From Dicyema japonicum (Eukaryota > Animalia > Dicyemida), in assembly GCA_011109175.1 (NCBI GenBank), contig RDEW01000022.1:163611-227610 (forward strand): a stretch of DNA of 64,000 nt. The letters run 5' to 3'. Made by a program: the position numbers and the translations under genes. Under the pieces are notes generated by a model. That model was not told the origin of the DNA, did not search any database, and worked only from the letters and a program-made list of their open reading frames with translations. This document shows, in pieces, positions 40,325 to 53,720 of this stretch (its first letter is position 1; the number at the start of each line of letters is the position of its first letter).

Positions 40325-41429
40325 TCACTCTGATAAAACACATGGGTTTTTAAAACAAGATTTAAGTGAAATAACATTTTTCTGACGGAATCATATTAGA
40401 GGCTAGTTATGGTAGCTACTTTGATGCTATCTACTGAGCGTATTTTATAAAATTAAATTGTATATCCCAGCGTCAATAAAATGCAGGAGGCAGGCGATTA
40501 CTAAAAAGAATGCCACCCATGGTGATTAAGGAGTATAGCAGAGACAGCGTTGGGTCCAATGTTGCGGGTAACACATAATAAAACAATGGCTTGTACGAAA
40601 AACGTAATTTGGGAATCGGGCTTTGGTCGCATTGCTTTACAGAAAACTAACCAAGTCCATGTGACTAATAGAAACGTAATGTTTCATAGTTTACTTGGTA
40701 GTAGATATTGAAAAACAGGGAGTAAGTATTCCGTGCTTTTCGTCTATCAGATAGTTTGACCTTTGTTCATTCTCTACATCATCTAGAAGTCAGCGCACTA
40801 GTTCTTATGACAAATCAATCCGACCATGCGACTCAATTTGTGCTCACCATGGTCCAGAATTAACTGTGAGATCTTGAATCAACCAATTTAGAGAAAATGT
40901 AAATATTTCGTCAGGTTTATGTCTTTTTTAAGTTGTTCTGTCCTTTACGACGATAAGAAATCTATTTTCTAGATACAAGAATATCTGGCGCTAGTCATCC
41001 AAGTTCAACCTGATTTGGAAAAAATAAAATATTTTTTAATTCATTAATTAATAAAGTTTTTTTTGTTAATTGAAAATAATAAAATATCATTAAAATGCCA
41101 GTCTATTCATTTAAGTGGATTTTTGCTACTCTATGATTTAAAAATATTAACGATTTTAACTAAAAATTACACCATTCGACTCAGAAAAATCTGAATTATC
41201 AAAAGTACTAATGTTTATTTTTATTGGTTCTAGTGGAATCCCACGAACGGCTGAGTTCCGCGTACGGAAGGTGAAAGTTATTATAACTAATCGTAGAGAA
41301 AACGAATATTCGTTGTTTTTTTTGTTGGATATGAACAGGGGCATGCGTAGGGGAGCCATAGGGGCAACCGACTCGGACATCACGCTGCAGGGGATAGCAT
41401 ATACAAGCCATGAGTATATGTTATTAAGC

Positions 41430-41862
41430 TATATTCACTTGTTCTCTGTTATTCATTATAGACAAGTTCGACTGCTAGCGATCACTGTGTTCTATATCGC
41501 TGAAGACTTTGACTACTCAATTGGTAGTTGTAAACGTTTTTTTTCAAAGTTAATAGAGATACACATTCTATTCTCAGATTGGAACAAGACACGCCAGCAA
41601 ACGTTGTCATGGAAGAATACTTCGATACGTCAGGGGAGAAGTTCAGAGGTCGTCCAGGAATAACTCTTCCGGAAGTCCTTAATAGTGACCTGAGATCAGT
41701 AACCAGACTACTAAAGGACGGTGAAGACCTTAGTAGTCTGCGGCACTTGGCATCGGACAGGAGGGGATGGGAAAGGCTAATTAAGAGGATTGTTCAGACG
41801 CCGCACGAATAGAATTATAGTTTATATGATTCTATGTAGTTGCTTATAATAATAATAATAAT
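41430..41862 (+). mobile_element. RTE LINE 3' end with (ATA)n tail
   Basis: FRGRPGITLPEVLNSDL...LASDRRGWERLI followed by an (ATA)n tail. Confidence 0.8.
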
Positions 41863-41944
41863 AGAGATACAAACATATTTGAGGTCTTAGATGTGTTTTT
41901 GATCAGCATTGATTTATTCAGTCCCGATTATGTAAATTAGTTAT

Positions 41945-42190
41945 AAAGGTCATCTTTATCATACATTCGCCACTAGCAGTAGAAATCTTTGATACTCCCC
42001 TGCATACGAGTCTTGTAGACGATCAGTTCCTCGGTAAAACATTCACTGATGATGACGTCACTCGTCAAACTGAGGGATCGTAGATTTGTTAAAACTTTCA
42101 ACCGAACTGTGAAACGCCGAGATTTGAACCTGAGACAATCAGGATTTTGTCCAGTGCGTAGTCTATTGGTCAATACATCGCATAACCTCA
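41945..42190 (-). mobile_element. Diverged tRNA-derived SINE
   Basis: B-box-like GGTTCAAATCTC followed by the core TTTGACGAGTGACGTCATCATCAGTGAA...GGAACTG shared with 59987-60318. Confidence 0.65.
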
Positions 42191-42399
42191 TATATATAAA
42201 AAATAAAACAAAATTTTAGTTAGATTAATTTTTTTTAAAAATTTAAATTTTCTAATAAAATATTCATTATCTGAAGGAGTAACGGAGGACACCTGGTCAA
42301 ACTTGAGCAGGAGAAAACCCGACCCAAACGAACGTGTGTAGGATCGAGAGAGGAGATTCGAGTCAACCCGAGACTGTGAATCAATTCATAATAATCAGA

Positions 42400-43000
42400 G
42401 TGATTTCTCATGAGCTAGTCGTTAATCTGTACCAAAATAAATTCATCCCAGCTATCAACTGAGTGATTATACGATAAATCAGAAGGACGACAGTCCAGAA
42501 GCTGGAATTCCCAACGTCTGGCATGTGAAAAACCGTGGTAGGTGATTTTGTCATTCATGACCACAAGATCCCCCACATTCTTCTCCTTCGGTTAGGGCTT
42601 CTTTCATAAAACTGTACTTTGTTGATTTAATTAAGTCCCGAGGAGAGGTTCAACCGCAAGAGTACTTTCTGCTGGGCTTTCATATATTTCTCAGGAAAAT
42701 GACAATGTTTCACCCTCCCTGGAAGGGAAAGACTCAATTCTATGGAAAATCGAAGACCTCATCGTCAACTGCTGGAGACCTAACTTTGAATCTTTCAGGT
42801 AGTTGTTGCTGATCATAATGAAGTATCCTTACATCGCAGCTCACATGATTTCGTGTAAGGAGCATAAGAAGATATTTTTAGTTCAGTCTCCCTCAAAGTC
42901 TACTCTAAATGTTTCTCACAACTAGAAATTGGTGGCTTCTCCAGGATTTGAGTCGTACAACAATTCTTCGAGGTATGGTCTTGTAATGTCAACTATTCCT
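42400..43000 (+). mobile_element. Possible Ty3/Gypsy pol remnant
   Basis: Weak protease-end (ILLL..GFF) and WASP-like motifs, heavily decayed. Confidence 0.3.
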
Positions 43001-43004
43001 CACA

Positions 43005-43110
43005 AGCCGGGTGGCTTAGTGGTTAGGTGTCGGGCTTAAGTGGCTTAGGCTACGGGTTCGAATCTCGCTGCTGTTCACCTGGTGGAAGGTTCCACGCATC
43101 TATGATGCGG
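43005..43110 (+). mobile_element. 5' part of tRNA-headed SINE
   Basis: Nearly identical to the first ~105 nt of 59987-60318. A-box TGGCTTAGTGG and B-box GGTTCGAATCTC. Confidence 0.85.
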
Positions 43111-43113
43111 AAA

Positions 43114-45112
43114 GGGCGTCATTCTACAAGGATTGACTAACAAGGACAAACTGTCTCTGTGTGGGGACGTCAAAACAAACCCAAGACCCCTAACGATCAT
43201 GCAAATCAAATAAACGGGATCAAATGTTAGATCATCGAACTCAGAAACCTTTTGGAAAAAATATCGAATTGACGTCCTTCTAATACAAGAATCCACACTC
43301 AAAAGTGCGGATCCTAAGTTATCCGCAGAGATAGATGTGAAAAACTTGGGGGAGGCTTACTAACTATCATCCAAAACGGGATCCCTTATGAGGAAATCAC
43401 CAAATACGATTACAACCGCCTTCAAACCATGAAAATATCGAAATTCTGGCCACAAAAATCCAACCCCCAAGGTTATGTCTTACTCTGATCAATTAACATC
43501 TACCTCTTTTATCATCAGCCATTGCATAAATTTTTCGTCGATCAGGTCACTAAAGAACGTTCTATGCGGTGACCTAAATACAAAACACTCGCTCTGGCAG
43601 AAAGGTCAGACGTCAAACAGGCCGGGAGAAATGATAATCGAAGACTTGGGAACCTTTTGCATCCTAATCGACCCTAACTTTCACACAAGAACCCCCTCAA
43701 GACAAAATGATACACCATCATCTTCTGACGTTTCAATCGCGTCTCCCCTTCTGGCTTCTTCAATTTCATGGAACGTGAAATACGAAACTATGAGTGATCA
43801 CAATCCGATCAATTTACAAATAAAAACAAGATCAAATTATAGAAGCCCTACTTTGATAAATTATTTCCTTGCTGACTGGCCAAGATTTGCGAGGTATATT
43901 GACATGCAGATCAAGTTATCAAAACTACATGCAGCCTCATCACTAAACAACATCATAAAGCAGTTCTCCTCGTTCATTCAAGAAGCTAGAAAATTATATG
44001 TTCCAATAGGATGACAACCGACAAACAGGCGATTCAATTCAACAACCAAACATTTAGTCAAAGATAGAATCTAATTAAAAAAAGAACATACCGTCGATGT
44101 AGGATTTAATAAGAATTCGTACACTAACCAAAGAGATTAACAAATTTATCATAAACAAGCAAAACGCTATACGAAACAATCATACGCCCTAACAGTAAAG
44201 CCGTCAGTCCAAAAGGTATGGAACAAAATCTATCAAAAGGTTTTTTGATGAACTGTAAAATAGGATATCATTACAACAAAACACCTTAATGTAATATTAT
44301 GCTTCCATAGCACAAAAAACCATTCCAAAGAACATCAAGTAGTCTTAAACAAAATAAAACAGCAAGGATCATACTTGTGGATCATTTTACGGAGAAAGAG
44401 TCCAGTAGGCAATATCAAAGGCCCGAAACTTTAAAGCCCGAGGTCTAGAGAATATTTCTACAACGGAACTAAAGCATCTAGGACCTCTTGCTTTAGATTT
44501 AATTGCTTACATATTCACAAAATGAATAAATATGAACAGTATTCCGGATGTCTGGAAGAGATCATACATCAAATCGATCTAGAAGCCAGGAAAATCCGAA
44601 AATAACTCCTCTTCCTACAAACCAATCTCAATCTTATGTTCACTTTCCGAATTATCGAAAGAATAGTTTTTTAAATATCAAAGACTACATCCCGATCGTT
44701 CTTTTCTAATACGGATTCAGGACTAAACACCGCACAGCAACATACCTAACGTCCCTGTGCCAGTTCATCGCAGAGGGATTCAATTTTACTAAACCACACC
44801 AACGAACAGACTTTGTCTCTGTTGATATAACAAAGGCTTTCGACGCAGTTTCAAGAAAATCTTTTACAGAGACCAGCCCATAGAAAATCTCTTAATCGAA
44901 TCACTTGAAGAGGCTAGTTTATTGAGCTGCCCTCTATTCCATACACAGTCGTACAATAATTTTGAAGCGATGTCATGTCCAATGAGAAATGGTATTCAGG
45001 ATTCTCGACCCCACTAAACTCGTCCTATCCGAAGTCGGTCTGAATCACTTAGTTAGTTGAGAACCTATTATTTTATTTCTTTGACCCAGTGATCCTGGAG
45101 GTAATAATAATA
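43114..45112 (+). mobile_element. Ingi/Vingi-like LINE, decayed, internally deleted
   Basis: GGCGTCAT head remnant. LSLCGDVKTNPRP at 43151-43189. GDLN, SDH, SYKPIS and DITKAFDAV motifs. 3' end GAATCAC...GTGATCCTGGAGGTAATAATAATA. Confidence 0.85.
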
Positions 45113-45779
45113 TATTTATGTCTCACGGTAGAATAAATAGATGGATTTGTTTTTCGATCAGAATAGTTTTTTGTTTTGTTAAATCATTGCGAAACCACCT
45201 GTGTGGATAGCCTTTCTTCTTCCAACTTTGTTATGACAGCAACTAACACAGGCTTTTCTTCGGAGAAGGCTGAAACCCTAAATCTGAAGAAATACTATAT
45301 CTCGGTGGATAGTTTATTTTTGACCAGTTGCCGTGGAAACATCAAAATTTAAAGGAAGCAGGTAATTGACTCTGCTAGACAGAATCGTCGCTGATAATTT
45401 CGAGTCATACGGAAACAATTCATATAGAGAGTTGCTCAAAATCGATATCATTCAAAAAAGCAATCTTAAAAAGAAATTTTTTGAGGCCCTATGACTTCAC
45501 TTGTCTCTGCTTATGAAATCTGGTCAGAAGCTATTGTATTTGGTTATTTGAAGTACTCTAACTGCAAATAGGTGTATGCAGATGCCACATTACGAATCCG
45601 ATTTTTCAAGAAAAATCATCCAATCATCACGATATCAGAAAAAAGTTGAAAATGCAGAAGACCTTGAAAACTTAAGAGAAAAAACAAGAAAAGAGCAACT
45701 TAAAGAAGATAATTACAAAATTATTATAAACGTGCTTGAAAAATTTAAAATAAAAAAACAACGAGAAAATTAATTACAG

Positions 45780-46965
45780 TTAAAGAACAGGAATATATTC
45801 CAATGGTCTTATAATATTTCTGCATTTTATAACAAATGTGATGAGTCCGCTGATTGTAAGAGTTAGAACAGATAACACAATTCCTATAATCATATAATTT
45901 TTTGAATGATTGTAATTTGTATTTTTTCCAGGAGTTACTTCTTCAAAACACTTTGACTCTAAAATTCAAAAGAAAGTCAAACCTTTTCCAGTATAATTTG
46001 ATAACATATCACTCGGAAGAATTTGTACCTTAAATGATGAAAACTCAGCATATATGTCATCAGAAAATCTAGTGAGAGACAATTTGAAATTACAGGAATT
46101 TCCAACATCAATCAATTTACTCTTATTAGGACTCCAAGAACCATTATAGATTTTATAGACGACTATCTGAATTTTGGAGATATAATATTTGTTTTGAGAG
46201 AAAACAAATGTAAAATATATTTCAAAATGTCGCCCCTTAAGAGATAACTTAACACTATTGTTATCAAAATTAATCTTCGTCTTCAGATTTTCGAAAAAAA
46301 CTAACAAATCATTAATCTAATATTAAAATATACAATTTACTATTTCAAAATTGTGATTATAAGAAATTGTGATACTAAAATGCCCACTTAATATTCCTTT
46401 TAGTCTATTTTCCCCAATAAAATACCAATATCGAACTTTTGGATCGTTAGATGGATCACAGTCATGTGCTGAAATAAATTATATCAATTAAATTATATTA
46501 AACCTTTACCAATAAAATATGGATATGATTGTTTAGTGTAATATTCTATCACCAAAGAATATAATGTGAGAGTATTACCATTCTCAAAACTTACGGACAT
46601 ATATCCGCATCTGTAATAATTTCCATGTTTAATATTTGGAAGATTTGTTGTATTTGTGTAGGTTTTATTATCTTTGAGTGTTAACTATTAAATACTAGAA
46701 TTTAATTCTATTTTTATTGAGATGTTGTAAAATTTGTCTGAGAATTCAATAAAAAAATGGTAGATCACGTTATTTGTTTTAATTGTAATTGGCTTTTTAC
46801 CATAGGACTGGTAAGAACTAACTTTAATTGAATATTTGTTTTTCTACCAAATTATTTACAAAATACATTTGTTAGTGTACTTTTCAATAAACTTTTAAAA
46901 TATACTGACATTCGATGTTCAAAGTCGAAATTCCTGATTGAGGACAAAAATATTAACAACAACAT
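45780..46965 (-). CDS. LAMP-like type I membrane glycoprotein paralog, 351 aa, 6 exons
   Basis: Five GT-AG introns (23, 24, 35, 24, 24 nt) at positions equivalent to those of the 22-kb gene give an open frame: MLLLIFLSSIRN...HGNYYRCGYM...HDCDPSNDP...VGNSC...FKVQIL...CFEE...TM MIIGIVLSVLTLTISGLITFVI...PLEYIPVL*. The tail carries a YxxPhi-like motif. Confidence 0.75.
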
Positions 46966-49900
46966 AATCTGTAAATTGAACACGTCGATGTGTATAATTT
47001 AGGTCACTTGTTATACTAATGAATTTATTTTTAATAATTAAAAAAATGACATTTTTATAATTTTATAATTATACTTATTTTCATGAATTCAATCAAGAAA
47101 ATCCTATTCCNAAATTACATTTGTTAGTGTACTTTTCAATAAACTTTTAAAATATAGTGATATTCGATGTTCAAAGTCGAAATTCCTGATTGAGGACAAA
47201 AATATTAACAACAACATAATCTGTAAATTGAACACGTCGATGTGTATAATTTAGGTCACTTGTTATACTAATGAATTTATTTTTAATAATTAAAAAAATG
47301 ATTTTATAATTTTATAATTATACTTATTTTCATGAATTCAATCAAGAAAATCCTATTCCTACTGCAAAGTAAACGAACTTTTTTGACCTAAAAAATAAAA
47401 AATTTAACACAAAAATTTTACTTTATAACTAACAATAAAAACACTAAAACTTTTTGTTACACATACAAGTTACATAATTTTCAAAATTTCCTGGTAGAAA
47501 ATGTATGTTTGATCTAAGAAAATTTTTTATCTCAAAGAAACATCGTTCAACCGAGCACTAAGTTAACTAACAATTAAGGAGTAATGAATCTTGGCAGGAG
47601 ATATGTGTAAATTAATCATTTTATTTATAGTTAAAATATCATTTTTTGTAGCCTTTTATTTATGTATTCTTTATTAGATTTGTTGTCATTTCCAATTTCC
47701 AACGATTCTAAACCATCATATGCTTGTTCAATTCTGAAGCGTTTACTTTGATAATAATATCTGCAATAGCGACATTATTCGGAAACCTAGAATGTTCGAA
47801 TTGCTTCAGATAAGGTCACATAGACTGCTAACTAACGGTAAGGGAACTCGTACATAGCCTCCGTAAAATAATTCTCTAAGCCACGGCATAGATAGTTTGT
47901 TTAGTGGAATTTCAGACTTTAAAATGCTCTGGTTACTTTTTGAGTTAAAATCATCATTTTTGGAATATTGGACATTGTGTTTCTGGTGCGATTCGGTCAG
48001 ATTATCTAAAAAAATAATTGTTATATCGCAAAACTCTGAATTTTCATCAAAATAAATTTTGATGGGAATTTTAAAAATGCCTTTTTTTGATTTTTTCGCA
48101 TTTTATATTACACAAACAGAGTCGTCAATATAGCGCATCATCCTCAAGAATTATATAATCTTTAGGATAATACTTTACAATAAGCTTTAATTTGGTACTA
48201 TTTTGCTATCTTAGGTATGTCAACCAATAGTTTTAGTGGCAAAATATATTATTAATAGTTAATTTAAAAAAATAATAAATTAAATCAAAAATTATAAAGT
48301 TAAAATATTTTTAACTTTATAACTTTAAAATTAACTTTATAACCTAATAATTTTGTTTAATATACATTTATTTATAATAAAATTTATAATTTTTTATAAC
48401 AATAAAATCGTTCTAAAGTCCAGCGGATATGATCGAGTGGCTGTTACCTCTGACTACTGCCAGGGATATCCTTTGGAAAAGCCACTCGGTTTCCCGACGC
48501 TCCCTCGAGGCTTTGGTCAATAGACACCCAAGTACTCTAAGGAAAGATACCGTCTTGGGGCCACAGACTCCTCTCGTCTCGACGACCACTGGCTGTACAA
48601 TAAAATATAGTTAAAATCATCTTAATGAATATTTATTAACTATTGTTAAATTTTAACATTTTTAACTTAGTTTGCCCTAGTGCAATGTTAACCGTCTTTA
48701 AGAATTTCATGGTATTTTATCGTAATCCACCATTCCTTCTGTTTGGCGGAATTTTTAATGATCGAAGAAAAACTTAATCAGCGATATTCGTAAATTATCA
48801 AATTAACTATTTTATGCCACAATCGAATAAATATTTGTTGCCAATTTAGTTAATATATCTTTAAATTGAAAACGTATTTCCTTTAAAACGTCAGGGGAAA
48901 TGAGATCTCAATTATAACACTGGCCACTGATTGTTAGCTGTTTGTTTTTGTATTAAAACGTTTTTATTGAAAAAAAAGATTAATACTAGGAGAATATTCT
49001 GAAGTGAATTGAATGTAAAAATTAAAGCCAGCATTAACAAATAATAGAGATATTCATTAATAGGTGGCATAAAAAATTCATCACAAATCGTTAATTCATA
49101 CACTAATTCATTAATAAATTTTTGTTGCATTTATATGTAAAAGTAGATAGGATAAGATAGTAAATTGGTTTATTAGTCGGACCTCTATTCCACTAAATGT
49201 CTAATTAATTACATACTATGTCTCCCGGTGGTATGAATATACGGATTTGTTTTTTCTCAAATCATTGCGAAATTAGTCGAAAGGTCACGACAATGAAGCC
49301 AATGACAATTTCATCTAAAATTGAATGTTGCCATAAACTAATTATTGAAATTATACAATTTTGTTAATTTAAAAGCCCTTACGGAAGGAGTATTGTTTGC
49401 ATAACTTAAACCTCACCTTAGGCAGAAGTCACACTTTATTTTAAAAGTAAGAGCAGTAATGTTAATTAATCCAAGGTATATCTAAGACATTTAAAAATTT
49501 CTTGACTTTTTTTTTGTTTGTGAGTCCCAGAAAACAATTCAGTTCAGCATTGATGATACGCTCATTAATAACGGCGTTACTCGTTATCTCCAATTTTATT
49601 TTTGTTATAATTAAGGCGATTTTTTGTGACTTTATAACTACGAAATTTTGACCTAAAAATTGATTTTTCGTATCCTTATCTTACCCAGAATTTTTTTTCA
49701 TGATGAAAATGCACCGTTCTTGATCCTTTTTGGCTTTTATTTTTGTTATAATTAGGGCGATTTTTTGTGACTTTATAACTACGAAATTTTGACCTAAAAA
49801 TTGATTTTTCGTATCCTTATCTTACCCAGAATTTTTTTTCATGATGAAAATGCACCGTTCTTGATCCTTTTTGGCAACTTTAATTCGAGAGATACCTCGT

Positions 49901-49989
49901 TTTTTTGTTTGGAGACGAACAGAATCGACTTTTATTTTGAACGACATGTCTGAGTCAACTGGGTTTTCTGTTGCGATCTCCTTGTCCCC

Positions 49990-50290
49990 GAATCACTATT
50001 CTCCTAGTGGCTCGGATTATTTGGAATTAGCGTTAATATCGGAAATTGATAATCAATTTTTGGAACGACCGATTACGCTTGGTGATATTGGTAGTGATCA
50101 TTTACAAATCCATTATAAACTCAACCTTACTCCTTTTGAAGTCTGGGAGAGACCCTCTCAACTATAGGGAAATCAACCTAATCCGCTCTATCTCCAAGAT
50201 TGCTGAGAGAATTATCGTCAAAAGACTAAACAAACACATAAAACAATTTGTCCTCGTAAACAATGTGGCTTCAGATGAAACGTCGAAATA
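49990..50290 (+). mobile_element. LINE EN/RT remnant
   Basis: IGSDHLQI followed by LKSGRDP.NYREINLI..ISKIAERII. Confidence 0.55.
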
Positions 50291-50510
50291 GGAAAAGACC
50301 AATGGTAAATGTCCCTATTCTTTAAATGCTATTAATTTAATTGTTATTTTTTTTTATTTTAAGTACTCCCAAGGGGACAACGTCGTGACAAGTTCTGGAA
50401 TGCTAGAGCGACTCATGATCGAGGAGTTAGTTTGGGTACCCTTAGTCTTTGGAAATAGTTTTAATTTAATTAATTTTTTAACGAGAACGTCGATTAAAAA
50501 CAATGTTTTT

Positions 50511-50710
50511 GCCGGAATGTCGCAGTGTCCTAACTCTCGGATAATGTTCTGATGGCTCCAGGTTCAAATATCGTTGCTATACGTTCAGGCTGAAGGTTCC
50601 ACATATTTTCTATGCTTTGAATATGACATGTGAGATCGTTATCAGTGACCGCTTCATTAAGTAACCGATCGTCTGCTATGGACATGCACGCAACAAAAAA
50701 AAGTTAAAGA
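50511..50710 (+). mobile_element. tRNA-derived SINE, second subfamily (copies at 55409-55610 and partial at 59800-59925)
   Basis: GCCGGAATGTCGCAGTG head, GGTTCAAATATC B-box-like motif, GAAGGTTCC...GTTATCAGTGA core and an A-rich end. Confidence 0.6.
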
Positions 50711-50749
50711 ACAATTATTGGCTCTCTCCTTTTTTTCAACGAATAGTTA

Positions 50750-52210
50750 GTAGTCCAGTTATATCATTGGACCTGATGCCATATATGCTTGACCCATTTA
50801 TACTCAACGACATACACTTGGAGTTTCTGGTCATCATGTTTGAGAGGTATTGGTTCCTCTACTATTCCTCCTCCCATGGTACAATCATCAAATTCCCAGC
50901 TGAATTATTATATTTATCACGCGGTTAAATAGTTCATGCATCGATGAATAAGCTAAATTAGATAATCCTTTGATTCAAATTCGTTTAAGACACGCACTCT
51001 TTTTATCCTGTTATTCATTCTTCTAGATTTACCGTCTGACCCTGTGAAGACAATCGACACTTAATCTAACTGCATTATCCATTAATAAAGAAAATAGGAT
51101 TTTTATAATAAAATTTTTGAAAATGTAGTTAAGTTACAAGGTGGCCAATTTACAAAGGTCGAGTGTATTTTTTGTTCTTGGCTTATGTATCTGATGACTG
51201 TTACGCCATGATATAGGACTAAAAGGTTTTTTTGGATTTAATTTTAATTTATTTATCTCGTATAAACCGAGAAAAAAGTTAAAAGTAAATAAATATTTAA
51301 GTTGATATNGTTAAATAGTTCATGCATCGATGAACAAACTAAATTAAGTAATCACTTGATTCCAATTCGTTTTAGCAACGCACTCATTTTATCCTGTTAT
51401 TAATTCTTCTAGATTTGCCGTCTGACCCTGTGAAGACGATCGACACTTAATCTAACTGCATTATCTATTAATAAAGAGAATATGATTTTTATAATAAAAT
51501 TTTTCAAAATGTGGTCAAGTTACGAGGTGGTCAATTTACAAGGGTCGAGTGTATTTGTTATTCTTGGCTTATGTATCTGATGACTGTTACGCCATGATAT
51601 AAGACTAACAGGTTTTTTTGGATTTAATTTTAATTTATTTATCTCGTATAAACCGAGAAAAAAGTTAAAAGTAAATAAATATTTAAGTTTATATCCTAAT
51701 TTTTATTAAACGATAACATCCATTAAAAAATTTACGAGATTCCACGCTGGAGTTTCACCCGAATTTTTCTAGCACTTTTTCTGCCTCAGAAAATGGATAT
51801 GTTGTTAACTGAATTCTTAGGAGACCTTAAGAAATGTGGCTGTACTGCGAGCCAAAACTATGCCAATGTTGATTTGTTCATTGCTGCATCTCAAGCCACT
51901 TTAGTGACAATTTGATTGCCATTGGCACGACAATTGAGCAGTAGTTTTTCAGGTTGTGCATAATTTTATGTTTCAGTTCAACAAAGACGAGCCCGCATTT
52001 ACTATGAATACTAACGTGGTGCATCTCAAGCCACTTTAGTGACAATTTGATTGCCATTGGCACGACAATTGAGCAGTAGTTTTTCAGGTTGTGCATAATT
52101 TTATGTTTCAGTTCAACAAAGACGAGCCCGCATTTACTATGAATACTAACGGAAAGATCTATATGCTGAATAAGAACAAGATTCAGTGCTTTAATCTTCA
52201 ATAAGCTGAT
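50750..52210 (+). pseudogene. Coatomer beta' (COPB2/SEC27)-like pseudogene fragment, copy 1
   Basis: STLEFHPN...SASENGYV and WCISSHFSDNLIAIGT, a 24-nt intron, then FNKDEPAFTMNTNGKIY. These resemble beta'-COP FHP...GSEDGTV, WCV....NNVALG and GREEPAMSMDANGKII. Many stops; truncated by a LINE. Confidence 0.65.
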
Positions 52211-53321
52211 GTTCCGGAGATATATTCGACATGAGGGAAAAGGTCATGTGCGTGTCAAAGGCGACTCCTAAGATTTTCAATTTCTTCGTAAAAGGTAATT
52301 TAGTTTGGTTGATAAATAAATCAACTGTCATTCTTCCAAGACGTTTGTCTGAGGTAAATAGGATGTGGAGGAATTCTCAGGAGATATATCAAGTATGTTG
52401 GAGATTAACCAATTTTGAATCACGTGTAGTTATTTTTAAACTCTTTCTGAGGCTTTTAGGAGATTTTGGTCACGGGATCCAATTAGAATGTCATCAGTAT
52501 AGGAGAGGAGAAGATCGTCTTTATCAACTTATCGTGGCAAATCGGACATAAAAAGGTTGAATAAGGCGGGAAACAATGGAGAGCCTTGCGGAACACCATT
52601 GGGAAGTAGTCTCGAAAGTGATTTGTTCCCATCCATACAAATTCGGGCCCTTCTCCCGCTGAGGAAATTCGAAAGCCAGAGTTTTAGATTGGGGTTAATG
52701 GAGAGTCCAAATAATTTCCTGGTTGAGATTTTCCTGAAGACAGAGTCAAAGGCTTTACGCAAATCCACAGAGCAGACAATGGTTTTGAGGTGACGAGGAC
52801 TTGAGTTGAAGCCATCAAGGATAAATTGATTGAGAGAAGTTAGGTGAGTGGACGTTGAATAGTACTTTCTGAAGCCATGATGAGAGTAACTGAAGGGAAG
52901 AGGAAATGAGATCAAGTACCAGTTTTTCCAATAATTTTGAAAATGAACATAATAGAGAAAATGGTCGGTATAAAGCGGGATTGTTTTTGTCCTTGCCAGG
53001 TTTTGGTATTGGGCGTATGTGGGAAATTTTCCAAATCGTAGGGATGGAATTCATTTCAAAGAATAGTTGAAAATAAGGGAGATTACCGCAATAGTAACCG
53101 GTCCAAGGTGTTTAAGAAGTATTGAAGGGATGCCATCTGGACCACAAGAGCGGGAGGGATTAATCATCTGAAAGCCTTCGAATACGTTTGAATGANCAAT
53201 TTAAGTGCTATAATGGCAGATTTTTTTTTCATTTTATTTTATTATTAAAATAAGATAAAAGTAAATTTTGTCATGTTTTATTCATTAAAAATCTAATTTT
53301 TTAAATTTAAATTTTGTTTGA

Positions 53322-53720
53322 GTGCGTCATGCGATTCACCATCTCAAATTTTCGATGTGGTTCACCTTCACGTGGAGAAAAATGGATGCCCGTATTAAAC
53401 TGGCAACTAAAAGAACCACTTCTATTCTTTTGTCAACCTTTTCAACGACCTCTGGGAAGTCGGACTGGATGATGGCGGCTATTGAGCGGGCGCGTAGCTT
53501 TCGCTCCAAAAGATCGGATTAGCTACTCCTAATCCTAGCTGGGGAAATCGAAAATAACCCCGGGCCCCATAAAACGGGAAATTCCTAAACATCATGCAAT
53601 TTAGCATAAACGGCCTCACATAAAATTAAATGAACTTTTTGCATTTCTAACTTCCCACAAAATTGATATTTCCATGCTACAGGAAACAAAACTATCAAGA
53701 AAGTCAGCGCTTCCACACTG
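53322..53720 (+). mobile_element. 5' fragment of another 2A-LINE
   Basis: Head GCGTCATG, HDV-like motif, LLLILAGEIENNPGP at 53523-53567, and EN start (QFSING, LQETKL). Confidence 0.8.
53347..53418 (+). ncRNA. HDV-like ribozyme candidate
   Basis: P1 AAUUUUC/GAAAAAU (1 mismatch), P2 UGGUUC/GAACCA, P3 CC/GG around L3 UUCACGU, P1.1 GG, P4 UGCC..GGCA, J4/2 ACUAA with the putative catalytic C. Confidence 0.65.

Noticed and set aside
42040-42075. Hammerhead ribozyme from CTGATGA (also 4801 and the 60115 minus strand)
   Set aside because: No GAAA follows a stem II. It is the antisense of the SINE core.
43005-43080. Functional tRNA gene (also 59987)
   Set aside because: A and B boxes are present, but there is no proper anticodon or acceptor stem. 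The 59987 copy continues into a SINE body with tail and TSD.
46860-47360. Tandem duplications around single Ns (33563, 47111, 51309, 53196)
   Set aside because: Repeats abutting a lone N look like unmerged contig or haplotype overlaps.
48431-48560. Possible additional ribozyme (GATCGAGTGGCT/AGCCACTCGGTT stem, TCCCTCG loop)
   Set aside because: Single copy, and I could not fit a complete HDV or twister fold.
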